From NCBI GenBank assembly GCA_036172245.1, contig JAYWIR010000018.1, positions 1,364,001-1,428,000 of the forward strand: a stretch of 64,000 bases of DNA. Reading direction: 5' to 3'. This document shows, piece after piece, positions 61,001-64,000 of the stretch (its first letter is position 1; each line of letters opens with the position of its first letter). Position numbers and translations under genes: made by a program. This DNA is from Raillietiella orientalis. Lineage: Eukaryota. The notes under the pieces were generated by a model, which had not been told where the DNA came from, made no database searches, and saw nothing but the letters and a program-made list of their open reading frames with translations.

Positions 61001-64000
61001 GCAGCCTCCCGCCGGGGGAGCGGGGGACAGCGGATCGCCTGCACGCTCGCGCGCCCTTCTTGACCACGTCGTGCGCTTAATTGACCCTGAGGCGGCGCGG
61101 ATCGGGCAGCGGGAAGGAAGCCGACGCCTTCGGGGTTTCGCGCGCGCGCAAAAGGGGAGGTAAGGCATCCTTGGTCTCGTGGGGTCGGGAAGGCCACTCT
61201 TTCCTCGACACCGTCTCCGACCCCCTGCTCCTCCTCTTCCTTTCTCTTTCCCGACGAGAAAAGAGGGAAAATCCATTCCTTCTAGGGATCCTTTCCTCCT
61301 CCTCCTCCATCTTCTTCTTCTTCTTCGAGAAAGTAATTAAAGCCATCAGCAACCGCGGTGGAGCATCAACCGTTTCGCCTCTGGTCATGCATTAACGACG
61401 AGGCCATTACGTGAACGTGGTCCGGGAAATTATAGGGATTACGGATTAGGAAAATAATAAGGGAGGGGAATCAGTCAGCTAACTGAACACGGCGTTTAAT
61501 TTGATGCACAGCTTCTCGGTGCTTAGGCGGATGGCGCACTCATTTTCCGCTGAAGCACCCGGACGGGAGGAGGACGAAAGAGGGTCCCGGATCCCCCGGA
61601 ATTCCTCCTCCGCGAGAAGGAAAGGGCTACGGGCAGGAGGGTTGCTGTCGCCAGGAGAGGAAGAGCACCAGGAGGAGGAAGGGGAGAAGATGCAGAACCG
61701 AAACGCTTCTTCTTCCTCATCTCCCTCCCCTGCTCCCTCCCCGACAGCGCGGAAGAGGAGGAGGCATGGGGAGAAGAGGAGAGGAGAGCTAGAGGAGAAG
61801 AAAACATAATAAGGGGTGGACGCTGGGGGATGATTCATGGCTCCGCAAGATGAATCTTTGATGGGTCGCTTTCCGGATGAAATTGGTCCAGGCGTCGGGA
61901 AAGCGCAGCAATTTGAATGCATCTGAAATTACCGTTTTGATTAACTTGGGTGCGCTCCCGGGGTCAGCCGCCAAGGTCACGTCCCCTCTTCTCCCCCTCC
62001 CTCCTTCCCCCGCATCTTCCCTTCTTCCGCGGCTTCTGGGGGCGACGTCCGCGCTTCTCCAGCGCGTCGTCCAGAAGGGGGAGATCCTAGCAGCCAGGCA
62101 CCCCAACCACCCCTTCTCACCCGCTACCCGAGCGCCGGCCGCTTTTCCATTCAGCATGCGCGCAGCGTTGGTCTCTCGCCGATCGAATTCTGACCGATTC
62201 CTTCAAAGGGCGGAGCCCCTACCATCCGTTCCCGTCCTGGGGTGGGAATAGAGGGTGTGCGCCTTCCTTCGGAAGGGGCGACGGGGTGCGGAACGGGAGT
62301 CTGCATTTGGGTGTTCCCTCCCGGAACGTGCGCTTGGAAGTCATTCACGGGGCAGGCACAGCCATCCTTTCCGCGGGAAAGAGGACCGTCTCGCCTTTCT
62401 GTCTTCAGTGGGAGATGCTCCGAGGAGCGGGAAGCCACCTCCCCATCTCTCTTTATGGGCGAAATGCGAGCAGGTACACGCACGGCGCATGATCTTCACC
62501 ATTGGACCGTTGTCTCGAGATGCTGAGGATCGCTGAACCTTCTAGGATCCCGCTATTGAGATCGCATCGGCCCTGCGCACGTTCCAGTGACCTCACGCCG
62601 ACGGCTGACGCGCGCAACCCTGTCGGCGACTACCTCTCGGAGCACACCCGAGCGGGGTGCTCTCGGACCCCAGGGGTCTTTCGCTGTTGCTGCTGATGGT
62701 GAGCTGCGAAATGCCGCTTCTGGCGCCACCCCCCCGTGCTCCTCGAAGGTCAGCGAGGCATCTCCCCCGTTCCACCGCGACCCGATGCTCCCGGGAGGCG
62801 GGCGAGTCGAGGCTTTCCTTCGGTGGCCGCGCGCCCGCGTGTTTTCGCCAGCATTCTCCAGTCTCCTCCTCTTCGCTGCGATGCCGAGGTATTTGTTTTC
62901 GGAGCGCTCTCGGCAGCCTCCGAGCGGCGACGCGCCTCGTAAATCTCGCGGGGCGATCGCGGGAAATTCGGCGCGGACCATTCCATTTCGCGCCGGTTTT
63001 CGTTCCACGCCGGATGAGGAGCAAAACAAGGAGGAAAGTAGGGAAGAGGAAGGGGGGGATGAAGAAAAATCGATTGACGCAGGCTCAGGAGCAAGCGGAG
63101 TCGGAGAGAAGCCCCGTCTCCCTTCCTGATAAAGAAAGGGGGACAGGGGAGGGGGTGCGATTGCTTCAGAGCAATCACGGACGGCGATGACCCCAGCGGG
63201 CCTTGGAAAGTCGGCGCTCCGCAGACGCTACGGTCGAGTGGGGGATGAGCACGGCGGGTGTTCTAGAAATGGCGGAAGGGAGGGGGAGGAGGACGAGCGG
63301 GGAGAAGCCGCCCCCGCAGGCCCTGGAGGGGAAGAGTCAGGAGAAGCCCTTGCCAGGGAAGAGAGCGGCCGCGGTGCCAGTCGGCGTCTCTCGCAGCGTC
63401 TCTCCCTTCGCCGGAAACAGCGGAAGGGAGGAGGGGAGGGGAGAGAGCCTTCAGGTTAACCACCTGCTTCCCCCTGTCCTGACTCCTTCGCCCTGCTTGC
63501 GAGGTTGTGCGAGACCCTTGGCGCCCCTGGAAGGACGCCGATCCTACAGAAACGCGAAGGGAAACACATTTTCTCTGGAATCCACGCAAGGGCGAGTCGG
63601 CCTCTTGTAGGGAGGGGTAGAGGAAGGAAGGATAGTCGCAACTCGCCAGAGCGCATCCGCACCGCACCGCACCGCCCCATCCCCAAGTGTATCTCATTAC
63701 GGAACAATCGTCAGGAGCTGCCTTTCTGGGTAGAAGAGGTGCCATCTCTAATGAACGCCGCCTTCCCGGTGCGCGCACTCCGGACCCAGCCCGAATGCGG
63801 TAGGACAGAGGGAGAACCCCAATTGCCCCTGACCCATGATCCGGTTGCTTCTTCTCGCCCCTGGTGGTTGTCTCCGTGTTGGACAGCCGCGTTCGCGCCA
63901 CAAAGAGGAACCCTCGCGGCTGCTGATGCAGGGGTTCTGCGCGTGAGCCGTAGGTTTTTCCACGTCTCCTTTCTTCGACGAAGAGGGGAAAGCAAACAGC

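Noticed and set aside
1..64000. Bacterial or viral origin (RNR gene, GC-rich blocks) or a CRISPR-like array
   Set aside because: All recognised genes carry spliceosomal introns and are animal-type; no regularly spaced repeat-spacer array was seen.

Overview
Eukaryotic, almost certainly arthropod, nuclear DNA; no prokaryotic, CRISPR or rRNA features. Four genes can be built with phase-consistent GT-AG splicing: (1) a group-III chitin deacetylase (Cda4-like; +, 8 exons visible at 2475-17622, signal-peptide exon not found); (2) complex I subunit NDUFC2/B14.5b (-, 17686-18200), tail-to-tail with Cda4; (3) ribonucleotide reductase large subunit RRM1 (-, 7 exons, 21386-24297, 799 aa); (4) the 5' part of the giant cadherin dachsous (+, a 5.4-kb first coding exon at 33793-39183, an 18.2-kb intron, three exons at 57411-58075, continuing beyond the window). 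The window is a sharp compositional mosaic. GC/CpG-rich, repeat-laden blocks (about 1-9.4 kb and 28-64 kb) flank an AT-rich block (about 9.7-28 kb) whose gene cluster at 16.6-24.3 kb is CpG-poor and has 44-50 nt introns, and Cda4 straddles the boundary. Also seen: a dispersed tRNA-headed repeat family, L1/Tx1-like relics, MITE-like inverted repeats, a nearly C-free insert resembling a mitochondrial (ND5-like) NUMT, and a few candidate orphan genes. All homology calls are by eye and from memory, not from database searches.
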